Source: Isorropodon fossajaponicum endosymbiont JTNG4
GTDB lineage: Bacteria; Pseudomonadota; Gammaproteobacteria; PS1; Pseudothioglobaceae
Assembly: GCF_016592615.1 (NCBI RefSeq)
Contig: NZ_AP013043.1
Location: 60,001-92,000, forward strand
Direction: 5' to 3'
Length of the DNA: 32,000 nt
Shown here piece after piece: positions 1 through 13,374 of the stretch. The translations under genes were made by a program, and so were the position numbers. Below the pieces are notes generated by a model. It saw nothing but the letters and a program-made list of their open reading frames with translations, was not told where the DNA came from and searched no databases. Each line of letters begins with the position of its first letter. Positions within the stretch are counted from its first letter, which is position 1.

Positions 1-2622
<2,622 letters not shown>

Positions 2623-2804
2623 TATAACACCCAAATTATTTGAGTGAATCTGTAATTTTTGTGTTGATGTGTCATGCAATACGCTGATAAGCGACAAACT
2701 TTATGAACGTATTTAATTGTTATATCTTCTGGTTAGATAATAACCAAGGTATAAAAACTTTTTAATTATTTTATTTGCGTTTAACGCAAATAAAAAAACC
2801 AGTT

Positions 2805-2923
2805 TGCCTAGTGACAATAGCGAGTGTGACCCACCTGATCCCATCCCGAACTCAGAAGTGAAACCACTTAGCGCCGATGGTAGTGTGGGGTCTCCCCATG
2901 TGAGAGTAGGACATTGCTAGGCT
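2805..2923 (+). rRNA. rrf: 5S ribosomal RNA
   Basis: ttgcctagtgacaatagcgagtgtgacccacctgatcccatcccgaactcagaagtgaaac...gccgatggtagtgtggggtctccccatgtgagagtagg...gctaggc aligns along its length with E. coli 5S. The 5' and 3' ends are complementary (helix I). Confidence 0.95.
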
Positions 2924-2931
2924 TTAAATTT

Positions 2932-2966
2932 AAAAACCCCAGACATTTTTTGATGCTGGGGTTTTT
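2932..2966 (+). terminator. Rho-independent terminator of the rRNA operon; symmetric, so possibly bidirectional
   Basis: Stem ccccag(a)cat / atgctgggg (2937-2946 with 2953-2961) with a 6-nt loop. It is preceded by aaaaa and followed by ttttt. Confidence 0.85.
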
Positions 2967-2986
2967 ATTGCCCAAATGGTTTTTCT

Positions 2987-3328
2987 TTATATATGTTGAT
3001 TAACCCAATTGGTAAAATCTGGCGCATTAAGTGCGCTCTATCTCTCTACCATTTTTAAAAATAGCTAGTGTTGGAATGGAGCGGATGTTGTACTTGGCAG
3101 AAATGGCTTGTTTTTTGTCGGTTTCTATTTTGATAAATCGAGCTTTAGGTTCAAGTTGTGCTGCTACTTGTTTAAAAGTAGGGGCGAATGTTTTGCCATG
3201 GCCCACACCAAGTTGCCCAAAAATCAACCACCAATTGGAATTTTGCATTTGCCACAATTAGGTTTGTTGTTTAATTTGTCTTTTGGAATGTTGCTAAGTC
3301 CGCCACAGTTTGGGCACATTACAATCAT
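2987..3328 (-). pseudogene. trxC: Thioredoxin 2 (TrxC-type, N-terminal zinc finger) pseudogene
   Basis: RBS aggag precedes an ATG at 3328, giving MIVMCPNCGGLSNIPKDKLNNKPNCGKCKIPIGG then TGA (3224-3226). A second frame reads VVDFWATWCGP, then an extra base falls in the second active-site Cys codon (tggc where tgc is expected, about 3195-3200). A third frame (track ORF 3027..3257) reads KTFAPTFKQVAAQLEPKARFIKIETDKKQAISAKYNIRSIPTLAIFKNGREIERT. The C-terminal SALNAPDFTNWVNQHI lies in yet another frame and ends at 2987. About 25 codons between the zinc finger and VVDFW are missing compared with E. coli TrxC. Confidence 0.85.
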
Positions 3329-3381
3329 GTTAGCTCCTATTTTTTGATATCATTGAGCATTATTCTATGGGTGGATTGGGT

Positions 3382-4014
3382 TTATTGCAAGTCAGGGCGG
3401 GTTGATTTGCGTTTGGATCTGGGAATTTTGCTCACTTTATTTTTTACTTGTTCAGCTTTGGATATTATTATTTCAACTGCTACCAAATCTTTAACACTTT
3501 TTTTGATTGATTTAAAGGCCTTCGGCGCTTGGATTTCAATCATTTGTTGGACGATCCATTTTGAATCAGCATGAGTCATGGCTTTTTGTATTTTCTCTGC
3601 AAAGTATCTTAAGAAATGATAATTAGGTCCACCATTTGTAAACTCATAATTGGCGTAGTCTTGAGACCTGGCATTATACATTTGAATAAAGTCTTTCCAG
3701 TGTTCGCCTGAGCCAATACGCTCTTGTTTGTTTTCGTGGAAATAATCAGCCGATTGTTTGGCTAACTTGACAATCAATGCTTGACGTTGTTTGGCATCTA
3801 ATTTATCAAATACCAGCCTATCAATACACTGAATTAGAAAGCATAAGTACTCAGAAATTACATCAAACACTTGCGTTTTTTCAATTACGAATGCTTCGTT
3901 AATTAAATCTTCCAAATGATTTTTAGTAATACGCCATGAATTAAATGCCAATGCACCGGCAATATCATCAATGGTTTTAACTTGGGTTTTATGCCAAGTG
4001 CTTTTAACTCTCAT
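3382..4014 (-). CDS. Hypothetical protein, 210 aa, predicted helical and cytoplasmic with a Lys/Arg-rich C-terminal tail; family not recognised
   Basis: A long uninterrupted ORF with composition like neighbouring genes. It sits 30 nt downstream of the rhodanese gene on the same strand. I recognise no motif. Confidence 0.6.
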   Translation of the reverse strand: MRVKSTWHKTQVKTIDDIAGALAFNSWRITKNHLEDLINEAFVIEKTQVFDVISEYLCFLIQCIDRLVFDKLDAKQRQALIVKLAKQSADYFHENKQERIGSGEHWKDFIQMYNARSQDYANYEFTNGGPNYHFLRYFAEKIQKAMTHADSKWIVQQMIEIQAPKAFKSIKKSVKDLVAVEIIISKAEQVKNKVSKIPRSKRKSTRPDLQ

Positions 4015-4044
4015 GGCACTAGTTTATACCATTACTGTAATGTG

Positions 4045-4332
4045 CTACTCGCAGTTGTAGTTCTTAAAGGAGCCTAAATCATTAACATTCTCATAACCCA
4101 TTTGGGTTAAATAATTTTTAGCAGTTGATGAGCGAGCACCTGTAACGCAATAAAGAATAACAGCTTTGTCACGGTCGATGATTTGGTCAGCGCCCATAAT
4201 GGATTGTAGTGGCAGATTGATTGCATTTGGTAGTGCGCCTTGGGCAAATTCGCTACTAGAGCGAACATCAACTAATTGAGCACCATCGGCTAATAGTTTG
4301 CAAGCATCACTGCTTGAAAATAAAGTAAACAT
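4045..4332 (-). CDS. Single-domain rhodanese sulfurtransferase (GlpE/PspE-like)
   Basis: Rhodanese fold signature with the active-site loop CVTGARS in ...AVILYCVTGARSSTAKNYL. I prefer the ATG at 4332 (MFTLFSS...). The track ORF begins at a TTG at 4365, so the start is ambiguous. Confidence 0.85.
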   Translation of the reverse strand: MFTLFSSSDACKLLADGAQLVDVRSSSEFAQGALPNAINLPLQSIMGADQIIDRDKAVILYCVTGARSSTAKNYLTQMGYENVNDLGSFKNYNCE

Positions 4333-4388
4333 AGTATAATTTCTGAAGTTAGTTTTTAAAGTCAAACCTAGTATAACTAGGCGTTTAA

Positions 4389-5705
<1,317 letters not shown>

Positions 5706-5729
5706 TTTTTTTTTACATAAGGAGATAAA

Positions 5730-6068
5730 ATGAGTTTATTAGATTTAGTCATTACACCTGCGTTTGCAGAAGGTTCAGTAGGAGGCGATATTTCAAGTCC
5801 GTGGGGCGGATTACCATTTTTATTGATTATGTTTGTGTTGATGTATTTTTTACTCATCAGACCACAACAAAAACGTGCTAAGGAGCATAAAACATTATTA
5901 GCAGCATTAAAAAAAGGCGATGAAATTGTTACTAACGGTGGCGTGATTGGCAAAGTTGTTTCTGTGGATGAGTCTTTTGCAACATTGGAAATTGCTGATG
6001 GTGTTGTGGTTAAGGTACAAAAGCAAGGTATTAATCAAAAAATGCCAAAAGGCAGCGCTAAAATTTAG
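5730..6068 (+). CDS. yajC: Preprotein translocase subunit YajC
   Basis: 112 aa with a single TM segment followed by IRPQQKRAKEHK...GDEIVTNGGVIGKV. It lies directly upstream of secD-secF as in E. coli. Confidence 0.93.
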   Translation: MSLLDLVITPAFAEGSVGGDISSPWGGLPFLLIMFVLMYFLLIRPQQKRAKEHKTLLAALKKGDEIVTNGGVIGKVVSVDESFATLEIADGVVVKVQKQGINQKMPKGSAKI

Positions 6069-6084
6069 TTAAAAAATAACCATT

Positions 6085-7935
6085 ATGAATCATTACTCAG
6101 GGCTTAAGAATGCATTGATTGCATTTGTTTTATTGCTTTCAATGTTGTACGCGCTGCCGAATATATTCGGCTCTGATTTGGCCGTTCAAGTGTCAAGCGC
6201 AGGCAATGCTTTGATTGTTGACCAAGATTTGGATAAAGTTAAAGATGCATTAAAAGCGCAACAAATTGAGTTTAAATCTGTCGAATTAACCAATCAAAGA
6301 GTTTTGGCACGTTTTAAAGACAATATACAACAGCTTTTAGCCAAAGACGCACTTAAGCAGGCACTGGGTCGTCGTTACGTGGTGGCGTTAAATTTGGCAC
6401 CTTCTGTGCCGATTTGGTTAGCAAGCCTTGGCGGTAAAGCCATGTCGCTTGGTTTGGATCTTAGGGGCGGCGTGCATTTCTTATTAGAAGTTGATATGGA
6501 GGCAGTCATTTCAGCTTCAATGGACAAGACGTATAATGAGCTTCGTGTTTTATTGCGTAAAGATAGACTATATAAGAGCATCAAGCAAGAAAATGGCAGT
6601 ATTGTTATTCGTTTTAAGCGCGCTGAACTAAAAGACAAAGCAGCTCAGTTAATTAAATCAGAATTGAATGATTTAGTGGTGCTTGATAATAATACGGATG
6701 AGTTGTTGCTAAACATTGGCATTAGCGAGAGTGCACAAAGACAAGCTAAGAAAAGTGCACTTAAACAGAATATTACAACATTGCGTAATCGAGTGAATGA
6801 GTTAGGCGTGGCAGAGCCAATTATTCAACAACAAGGCTCAGAGCGTATTGTGGTTCAACTGCCAGGCGTACAAGATACAGCCAGAGCAAAAGAGATTTTA
6901 GGCGCGGTGGCAACTTTGGAATTTAGACTGGTTGATGAAAAAAATGACCCACAAACAGCCATTCAATCAGGGCATGTGCCAATTGGCTCAAAGCTTTATT
7001 ATTTTAAAGATGGCCGTCCTTTATTGCTAAAGAGTCGCGTTATCACAACGGGTGAGAACATTACAGGTGCATCATCTGGCATTGACCAAGAAAACAACAT
7101 TCCAATGGTGAATATCACACTTGATAGTGTTGGCGGTAGAACAATGCTTAACACCACTAAAAAATATTTACACCATCGTATGGCAGTTGTCTTTATTGAA
7201 AATAAAGTTGAAACCATTACTAAGAATGGAAAAACCATTAAGAAACGTACTACCACTAGAGATATTATTAATGCTGCCACAATTCAGGGTACATTTTCAT
7301 CGCGGTTTCAAATTACCGGGATTGACAGTGCTCGGGAAGCGCGTAATTTAGCGTTATTATTAAGGGCAGGTTCGCTCTCAGCACCAATTGAAATTATTGA
7401 GGAACGCACCATTGGCCCAAGTCTTGGTGCGGATAATATTACCAAAGGTGTGATATCAGTATTGGTTGGTTTTGTTTTGGTGTTGTTATTTATGGCTATG
7501 CGTTACCGTGTATTTGGTATGGTGGCTAATGTGGCTTTGACGTTTAATTTGGTGATGATTGTGTCTGTTTTGTCTTTATTACAAGCCACGTTGACGTTGC
7601 CAGGTATTGCGGGTATTGTACTCACAGTGGGTATGGCAGTGGATGCCAATGTGTTAATTTTTGAGCGCATTAAAGAGGAGTTAGGTACAAATAGCAATAT
7701 TCAAAAAGCCATTTCAAGCGGCTATGATAAAGCGCTACTGACCATCGCAGATGCTAATATTACAACCTTAATTGCAGCATTAGTCTTGTTTGGTTTTGGC
7801 ACTGGACCAATTAAAGGCTTTGCGATTACTTTGTCAATTGGCATTATCACTTCAATGTTTACAGCCATTATTGTCTCACGTGCAATCATTAATAAAATAT
7901 ATGGCGGCAAAAAGTTAAAGGAGATTTCAATATGA
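6085..7935 (+). CDS. secD: Protein translocase subunit SecD
   Basis: 616 aa. The N-terminus MNHYSGLKNALIAFVLLLSMLYALPNIFG matches the SecD start. It has a large periplasmic domain and a C-terminal 5-TM block with GIAGIVLTVGMAVDANVLIFERIKEE. Confidence 0.97.
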   Translation: MNHYSGLKNALIAFVLLLSMLYALPNIFGSDLAVQVSSAGNALIVDQDLDKVKDALKAQQIEFKSVELTNQRVLARFKDNIQQLLAKDALKQALGRRYVVALNLAPSVPIWLASLGGKAMSLGLDLRGGVHFLLEVDMEAVISASMDKTYNELRVLLRKDRLYKSIKQENGSIVIRFKRAELKDKAAQLIKSELNDLVVLDNNTDELLLNIGISESAQRQAKKSALKQNITTLRNRVNELGVAEPIIQQQGSERIVVQLPGVQDTARAKEILGAVATLEFRLVDEKNDPQTAIQSGHVPIGSKLYYFKDGRPLLLKSRVITTGENITGASSGIDQENNIPMVNITLDSVGGRTMLNTTKKYLHHRMAVVFIENKVETITKNGKTIKKRTTTRDIINAATIQGTFSSRFQITGIDSAREARNLALLLRAGSLSAPIEIIEERTIGPSLGADNITKGVISVLVGFVLVLLFMAMRYRVFGMVANVALTFNLVMIVSVLSLLQATLTLPGIAGIVLTVGMAVDANVLIFERIKEELGTNSNIQKAISSGYDKALLTIADANITTLIAALVLFGFGTGPIKGFAITLSIGIITSMFTAIIVSRAIINKIYGGKKLKEISI

Positions 7936-8858
7936 GTTTAAAAGCACTAAATATTCCAACGATTGATTTTGTGGGCAAGCGCACTTACGCCATTATATTT
8001 TCGGTGTTGTTGGTTACTACTAGCATTTTTTCATTGACCATGAACGGGCTTAAGTTAGGCATTGATTTTACGGGCGGCACTTTAATTGAAGCAGGTTATC
8101 AACAAGGTGCTGATCTAGCTGAGATTAGAGCCACGCTAGCCAAGGCAAATTTTAAAAGGGCCAATGTCCAATACTTTGGTTCAACTAATGAGGTTTTAAT
8201 TCGCTTAGAGCCACAATCAATTTCTAGTGCCAAACTAAGTTCAAAAATCATCAATTTATTAGGCAATGATGTTGATATTCGTCGGGTTGAATTTGTAGGT
8301 CCTAAAGTGGGTGAAGAGCTTACTAATGATGGTGGCTTGGCAATGCTATATGCGTTGATTGGTATTTTGATTTATGTAGCGATACGTTTTGAGTATCGTT
8401 TTTCATTAGGCTCAATTGCTGCCCTTATTCATGATGTTATTATTACCCTAGGCTTTTTCTCATTATTTCAAATTGAGTTTGATTTAACGGTACTGGCTGC
8501 CATATTAGCCGTCATTGGCTATTCTTTGAATGATACTATTGTCGTGTTTGACCGAATTCGTGAAAACTTCTTATCAACACGCCATGTTGATTCTCCTAAG
8601 ATTATTAATGGTGCGCTTAATCAAACGCTATCTAGAACAATCATGACCTCTTTAACCACCTTATTGGTGTTGTTAGCATTGTTCTTTTTAGGTGGTGAAA
8701 CCATTCATAGTTTCGCTTTAGCGTTACTAATTGGTGTGGTGGTGGGTACTTATTCTTCTATTTATGTTGCTAGTTCAATGATTCTTGTCTTAGGTATTAC
8801 TAAGGAAGATTTATTGCCATCGGAAAAGGAAAAGAAGGCGCTTGACTCGCGACCATAG
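7932..8858 (+). CDS. secF: Protein translocase subunit SecF
   Basis: 308 aa with GIDFTGGT and YSLNDTIVVFDRIREN motifs. It overlaps secD by 4 nt (ATGA). Confidence 0.97.
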   Translation: MSLKALNIPTIDFVGKRTYAIIFSVLLVTTSIFSLTMNGLKLGIDFTGGTLIEAGYQQGADLAEIRATLAKANFKRANVQYFGSTNEVLIRLEPQSISSAKLSSKIINLLGNDVDIRRVEFVGPKVGEELTNDGGLAMLYALIGILIYVAIRFEYRFSLGSIAALIHDVIITLGFFSLFQIEFDLTVLAAILAVIGYSLNDTIVVFDRIRENFLSTRHVDSPKIINGALNQTLSRTIMTSLTTLLVLLALFFLGGETIHSFALALLIGVVVGTYSSIYVASSMILVLGITKEDLLPSEKEKKALDSRP

Positions 8859-8897
8859 TTAAGTAATATTTGAACGCTTGTTAAGAAGTTCTTTCGT

Positions 8898-10115
8898 TTA
8901 TTGCTTAAATTTTTCAAAGACTAAACAAGCATTTGTACCACCAAAGCCAAAGCTATTAGACATCACTCGTTTGAGTGATTGCTTGGTTGTTGTTCGTACA
9001 ATGGGCACACCTTCAACTGCTTCATCAAGATTTTCAATATTAACAGATTCAGCCATAAAGTCATTTTGTAGCATTAGTAATGAGTAGATTGATTCATTCA
9101 CACCTGCTGCACCCAAGGCATGTCCAGAAAGGGATTTGGTTGAGCCTACATTTGGTATGTTATTGCCAAACACTGCTTTAATGGCACCTAATTCTTTAAC
9201 ATCACCCACAGGGGTGGAAGTACCGTGTGCATTGATATAATCAATCGGACCTTTAACGGTTGAAATGGCAAGTTGCATACAGCGTTTAGCGCCTTCACCT
9301 GACGGTGCAACCATATCATAGCCATCAGATGTTGCACCATAGCCTGTGAGTTCTGCAAGAATAGTTGCGCCTCGAGCTTGTGCATATTCTAATGATTCAA
9401 GTACTAATGCACCACCACCACCAGAAATAACAAAACCATCACGATTCGCATCAAAGGCACGAGAAGCACTTGAAGGCGTTTCGTTGTATTTAGAAGATAA
9501 AGCGCCCATTGCATCAAACAACATGGTGAGCGACCAATCTAGCTCTTCACCGCCACCAGCAAATACCACATCTTGTTTACCCATTTGAATTTGTTCCATG
9601 GCGTTGCCGATACAGTGTGCAGAGGTTGAACAAGCAGAGCTGATTGAATAGTTAATGCCCTTAATTTTGAACAGGGTTGAAAGGCAGGCTGAAGTGGTAG
9701 AGCCCATCGTACGCGGTACGCGATAAGGACCAACACGCTTTATGCCTTTTTCCCTTAAGATGTCGGCGGCTTCTACTACGTTTTGGTTGCTAGCGCCACC
9801 AGAACCCATGATAAGCCCAGTACGTTCATTTGAGGTTTGTTCGGGTGTTAATCCTGATTGTTTAATTGCTTCATCCAGGGCAACTGCATTATAAATAGCA
9901 GCATCAGCCATAAAGCGTTTCATTTTTCTGTCAATGATTTCACTAGAGTCTAATTCAGCAATAGCGCCAGACACGTGTGAACGAAGCCCCATTTTTGCCT
10001 GGTCTTCATCAAATTTAATGCCTGATTTAGCAGTTTTTAAGGAGGCTAAAACCCCTGTGCAGTTTGTACCCAAACTAGAAACAATTCCCATTCCTGTGAC
10101 AACGACTCTGTTCAT
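8898..10115 (-). CDS. fabB: 3-oxoacyl-ACP synthase I (KAS I)
   Basis: 405 aa condensing enzyme with active-site [24 protein letters not shown] and GHALGAAG. It sits immediately downstream of fabA with a 1-nt overlap (TAATG), the arrangement seen in Pseudomonas. Confidence 0.93.
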   Translation of the reverse strand: MNRVVVTGMGIVSSLGTNCTGVLASLKTAKSGIKFDEDQAKMGLRSHVSGAIAELDSSEIIDRKMKRFMADAAIYNAVALDEAIKQSGLTPEQTSNERTGLIMGSGGASNQNVVEAADILREKGIKRVGPYRVPRTMGSTTSACLSTLFKIKGINYSISSACSTSAHCIGNAMEQIQMGKQDVVFAGGGEELDWSLTMLFDAMGALSSKYNETPSSASRAFDANRDGFVISGGGGALVLESLEYAQARGATILAELTGYGATSDGYDMVAPSGEGAKRCMQLAISTVKGPIDYINAHGTSTPVGDVKELGAIKAVFGNNIPNVGSTKSLSGHALGAAGVNESIYSLLMLQNDFMAESVNIENLDEAVEGVPIVRTTTKQSLKRVMSNSFGFGGTNACLVFEKFKQ

Positions 10116-10624
10116 TACATTTTGCTAGTGTCAGTAAATAATCCAACCTTAAGATTGGTGGCTTCGTAAATGACTTTGCCATCCACTTCCATAGTGGCAT
10201 CAGCCACACCCATGTACAATTTACGTGCAATAACGCGAGATAAATCAATTTTGTAGGTTACTTTTTTTGCACTAGGTAGTACTTGACCGACAAACTTAAT
10301 ATTACCAGAACCAAGCGCACGACCACGACCAGAGCCACCCAACCACCCTAAATAAAAGCCAATTAATTGCCACATGGCGTCTAGTCCTAAGCAACCAGGC
10401 ATAACGGGGTCTTCATTAAAGTGACATTCAAAAAACCACAAATCAGGGTTAATATCTAATTCAGCAATAATTTCACCCTTGCCATATTCGCCACCTTCAC
10501 TAGAAATGTGGCTAATGCGATCAAACATCAACATCGGTGGCTTTGGCAGTTGGGCGTTGCCCGACCCAAATAATTCGTCATTGCCACATTTAATTAATTC
10601 ATCATAAGAAAAAGAATTTTGCAT
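10115..10624 (-). CDS. fabA: 3-hydroxydecanoyl-ACP dehydratase/isomerase
   Basis: 169 aa. [30 protein letters not shown]...[24 protein letters not shown] is the characteristic FabA hot-dog active-site region. Confidence 0.95.
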   Translation of the reverse strand: MQNSFSYDELIKCGNDELFGSGNAQLPKPPMLMFDRISHISSEGGEYGKGEIIAELDINPDLWFFECHFNEDPVMPGCLGLDAMWQLIGFYLGWLGGSGRGRALGSGNIKFVGQVLPSAKKVTYKIDLSRVIARKLYMGVADATMEVDGKVIYEATNLKVGLFTDTSKM

Positions 10625-10654
10625 TGTGTTTTTATGTAAAAAATATTCCCTAGA

Positions 10655-11821
10655 TTATACCAGTGTCTGCTTAATATCAGCAATGATGTCCTTAATGTCT
10701 TCCAGACCAACAGATATCCTGATTAATCCATCCGTTATATGAGCATTAAGTCTTTCTTCATCGGTTAAGCGCCCGTGCGTTGTGGTTGCTGGATGGGTGA
10801 TTGTAGATTTTGTATCGCCTAAATTAGCAGTAATGGAAAGCATGTTGGTGGCGTTGATTATTTTAAAGGCCGACTCTTGTCCACCTTTAACCTCAAACGA
10901 TACAATACCACCAAAACCAGATTGTTGGGATTTGGCTAAGTTGTAATCAGGGTGCGAAGGAAGACCTAAATAATAGACTTTTTCTACCTGATTTTGGGCT
11001 TCAAGCCAGATGGCAAGTTTAAGCGCATTGTCTGAGTGCGCCCTCATTCTAAGACTTAGGGTGTCTAGCCCTTTAAGCACAATCCAGGCGTTAAAAGCAC
11101 TTAAACTTGGGCCTGTAGTGCGTACAAATCCATGAACTTGTTCAATAATATCAGCATTTCCGACCACAGCACCTGCTAAGCATCTACCTTGACCATCAAT
11201 ATATTTAGTGGCTGAGTGAATCACAATATCAGCACCCAAGGCAATAGGGTTTTGTAATGCAGGACTTAAGATTGCATTGTCAACTGCTAAAAGAATATGA
11301 TTGGCCTTTGATATTTTACTAAGCGCAGTAATATCTACAACCTCACCCAGTGGATTGGATGGCGTTTCAAGTAAAAAAAGTTTAGTGTTATTTTTAACCG
11401 CACTTTCCCATGCTAATAAGTCAGATAAACCTACAAAACTAATGTCAACATTAAATTTAGCAATAATGGTGTTTAATAGCACAATTGAGGTGCCAAACAT
11501 ATTACGAGAAGCAACAATATGATCACCCGATTTAAGCAGTGCCATAATGGTGGCAAAGATTGCTGCCATGCCAGATGAAGTTGCAACACAGGCTTGCGCA
11601 CTTTCAAGTGCGGCTAATTTTTTTTCAAAGGCATCCACTGTCGGGTTGGTAAAACGTGCATAAATATTCCCCGGCTCTTTTTTAGAAAAGCGATTAGCAG
11701 CCTGTTCGGCTGAGTCAAAGACAAAACTGGAGGTTAAAAATATTGCCTCAGAATGCTCTTGTTCAGCAGTGGTTCGATAGCCTGTACGTATGGCTTTGGT
11801 ATCGAAGCTTAAATCTTTCAC
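10655..11821 (-). CDS. metZ: O-succinylhomoserine sulfhydrylase (Cys/Met-metabolism PLP enzyme)
   Basis: 388 aa with a GTG start. It has the PLP-lysine region HSATKYIDGQG and the N-terminus DTKAIRTGY. It lies directly downstream of purF, as purF-metZ does in Pseudomonas. Confidence 0.88.
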   Translation of the reverse strand: MKDLSFDTKAIRTGYRTTAEQEHSEAIFLTSSFVFDSAEQAANRFSKKEPGNIYARFTNPTVDAFEKKLAALESAQACVATSSGMAAIFATIMALLKSGDHIVASRNMFGTSIVLLNTIIAKFNVDISFVGLSDLLAWESAVKNNTKLFLLETPSNPLGEVVDITALSKISKANHILLAVDNAILSPALQNPIALGADIVIHSATKYIDGQGRCLAGAVVGNADIIEQVHGFVRTTGPSLSAFNAWIVLKGLDTLSLRMRAHSDNALKLAIWLEAQNQVEKVYYLGLPSHPDYNLAKSQQSGFGGIVSFEVKGGQESAFKIINATNMLSITANLGDTKSTITHPATTTHGRLTDEERLNAHITDGLIRISVGLEDIKDIIADIKQTLV

Positions 11822-11846
11822 GTGTTTGTAAAATTATTAAATAGCG

Positions 11847-13364
11847 CTATTCTACATCATTACCAATCAATTCAGAAGCCTCAGAGGTGTTGTTTTCCTC
11901 TTTTGCAAGGTCACCTCGTAAAGATTCAATATGTGCAAGGTAATTTTTATCAATATCGCCAGTTACGTATTGACCATTAAAACAAGAGCAATCAAACATG
12001 GTAATTGCCTTATTGCCTTGTTGCACACACCAAATTAAATCATCCAAATCTTGATAAATCAGCTTGTCTGCACCAATGACTTTGCAGATTTGATTGGTGT
12101 CTCTATCGTGGGCAATAAACTCTTTGTTGCTGGCCATATCAATACCATATACATTAGGATAGCGCACAGCAGGTGCGGCTGAGGCAAAGAACACTTTATT
12201 AGCGCCAGCATCGCGAGCCATTTGTACAATTTGCTCACTGGTTGTGCCACGCACAATGGAATCATCAACCAATAATACGTTTTTGCCTTTGAATTCAAGC
12301 TCAATTGTGCTGAGTTTTTGGCGCACAGATTTTTTTCTCTGTTTTTGCCCCGGCATGATAAAAGTACGAGTAATATATCGATTTTTAATTAAGCCCTCAC
12401 TGTATTTAACGTCTAATTTATGTGCCAGTTGTAAAGCAGCCACTCTAGAAGTGTCAGGAATAGGAATAACGACATCAATATCATTAATGTCCCATTCTTT
12501 ACGAATTTTTATGGCTAGCTTTTCTCCCATTCTTAAACGAGATTTGTACACGGAAATATCATCAATGACCGAATCTGGACGGGCAAAATAAACAAACTCA
12601 AAGATACAAGGTGAGTGCTTGGGTTTTTCTGCGCATTGTTTGATAAATGTATTGCCTGCCCTGTCAATAACGACCGCTTCACCTGGTTTGATATCTTGAG
12701 TAATCTCATAACCAAGTGCACTAAGCGCCACGCTTTCAGAGGCTAGCATATATTTAGTGCCACCTTTAGTGGTGCGTTTGCCAAGAATTAATGGGCGAAT
12801 ACCATTGGGGTCTCTAAAGCCAAAAATACCATAGCCTGGAATCATGCCAATGGTTGCATAAGCACCGCGTACACGCTTGTGTACTTGTGTCACAGAAGCA
12901 AAAATATCAGCCTCGTTAATGCGTTGTTTTTGTAATTTGGCTAATTCACTGGCAAATACATTGAGTAAAATTTCTGAATCAGAGTTGGTGTTGATATGGC
13001 GAAGGTCTTGCTCAAATAACTCTTGAGCCAATTGCTCAGTGTTGGTTAAGTTGCCGTTATGTGCAAACGCAATACCGTATGGCGAATTAACATAAAAAGG
13101 CTGTGCCTCTGCATTGGACGAGCTGCCTGCAGTAGGATAACGTACATGGCCAATGCCCATATCGCCTAACAACTGTGTCATGTGCTTAGTTCTAAAGACA
13201 TTTTTAACCAAGCCGTTTGACTTGCGCATATAAAAACGCCCTTTATGAGCAGTGACGATGCCTGCTGCATCTTGACCGCGATGTTGCAAAATGGTCAATG
13301 CATCATAAATATAAACAGCTGTATCTTTCTTAGGGGTAGATAAAATGCCAACGACGCCACACAT
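11847..13364 (-). CDS. purF: Amidophosphoribosyltransferase
   Basis: 505 aa with the N-terminal nucleophile MCGVVGI and PRPP-binding VLLVDDSIVRGTT. It lies downstream of cvpA as in E. coli. Confidence 0.97.
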   Translation of the reverse strand: MCGVVGILSTPKKDTAVYIYDALTILQHRGQDAAGIVTAHKGRFYMRKSNGLVKNVFRTKHMTQLLGDMGIGHVRYPTAGSSSNAEAQPFYVNSPYGIAFAHNGNLTNTEQLAQELFEQDLRHINTNSDSEILLNVFASELAKLQKQRINEADIFASVTQVHKRVRGAYATIGMIPGYGIFGFRDPNGIRPLILGKRTTKGGTKYMLASESVALSALGYEITQDIKPGEAVVIDRAGNTFIKQCAEKPKHSPCIFEFVYFARPDSVIDDISVYKSRLRMGEKLAIKIRKEWDINDIDVVIPIPDTSRVAALQLAHKLDVKYSEGLIKNRYITRTFIMPGQKQRKKSVRQKLSTIELEFKGKNVLLVDDSIVRGTTSEQIVQMARDAGANKVFFASAAPAVRYPNVYGIDMASNKEFIAHDRDTNQICKVIGADKLIYQDLDDLIWCVQQGNKAITMFDCSCFNGQYVTGDIDKNYLAHIESLRGDLAKEENNTSEASELIGNDVE

Positions 13365-13374
13365 AAGTTAGTCC

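Noticed and set aside
2774-2794. Perfect palindrome atttgcgt-tta-acgcaaat in the 182-nt 23S-5S spacer
   Set aside because: No U-run follows it on either strand (an A-run follows on the plus strand). It lies inside the rRNA primary transcript, so it is most simply a spacer or processing hairpin and not a terminator or independent element.
3031-3574. Plus-strand track ORFs 3031..3261, 3108..3347 and 3344..3574
   Set aside because: They are antisense to the trxC remnant and to the 210-aa gene, with low-complexity hydrophobic translations typical of AT-rich antisense frames.
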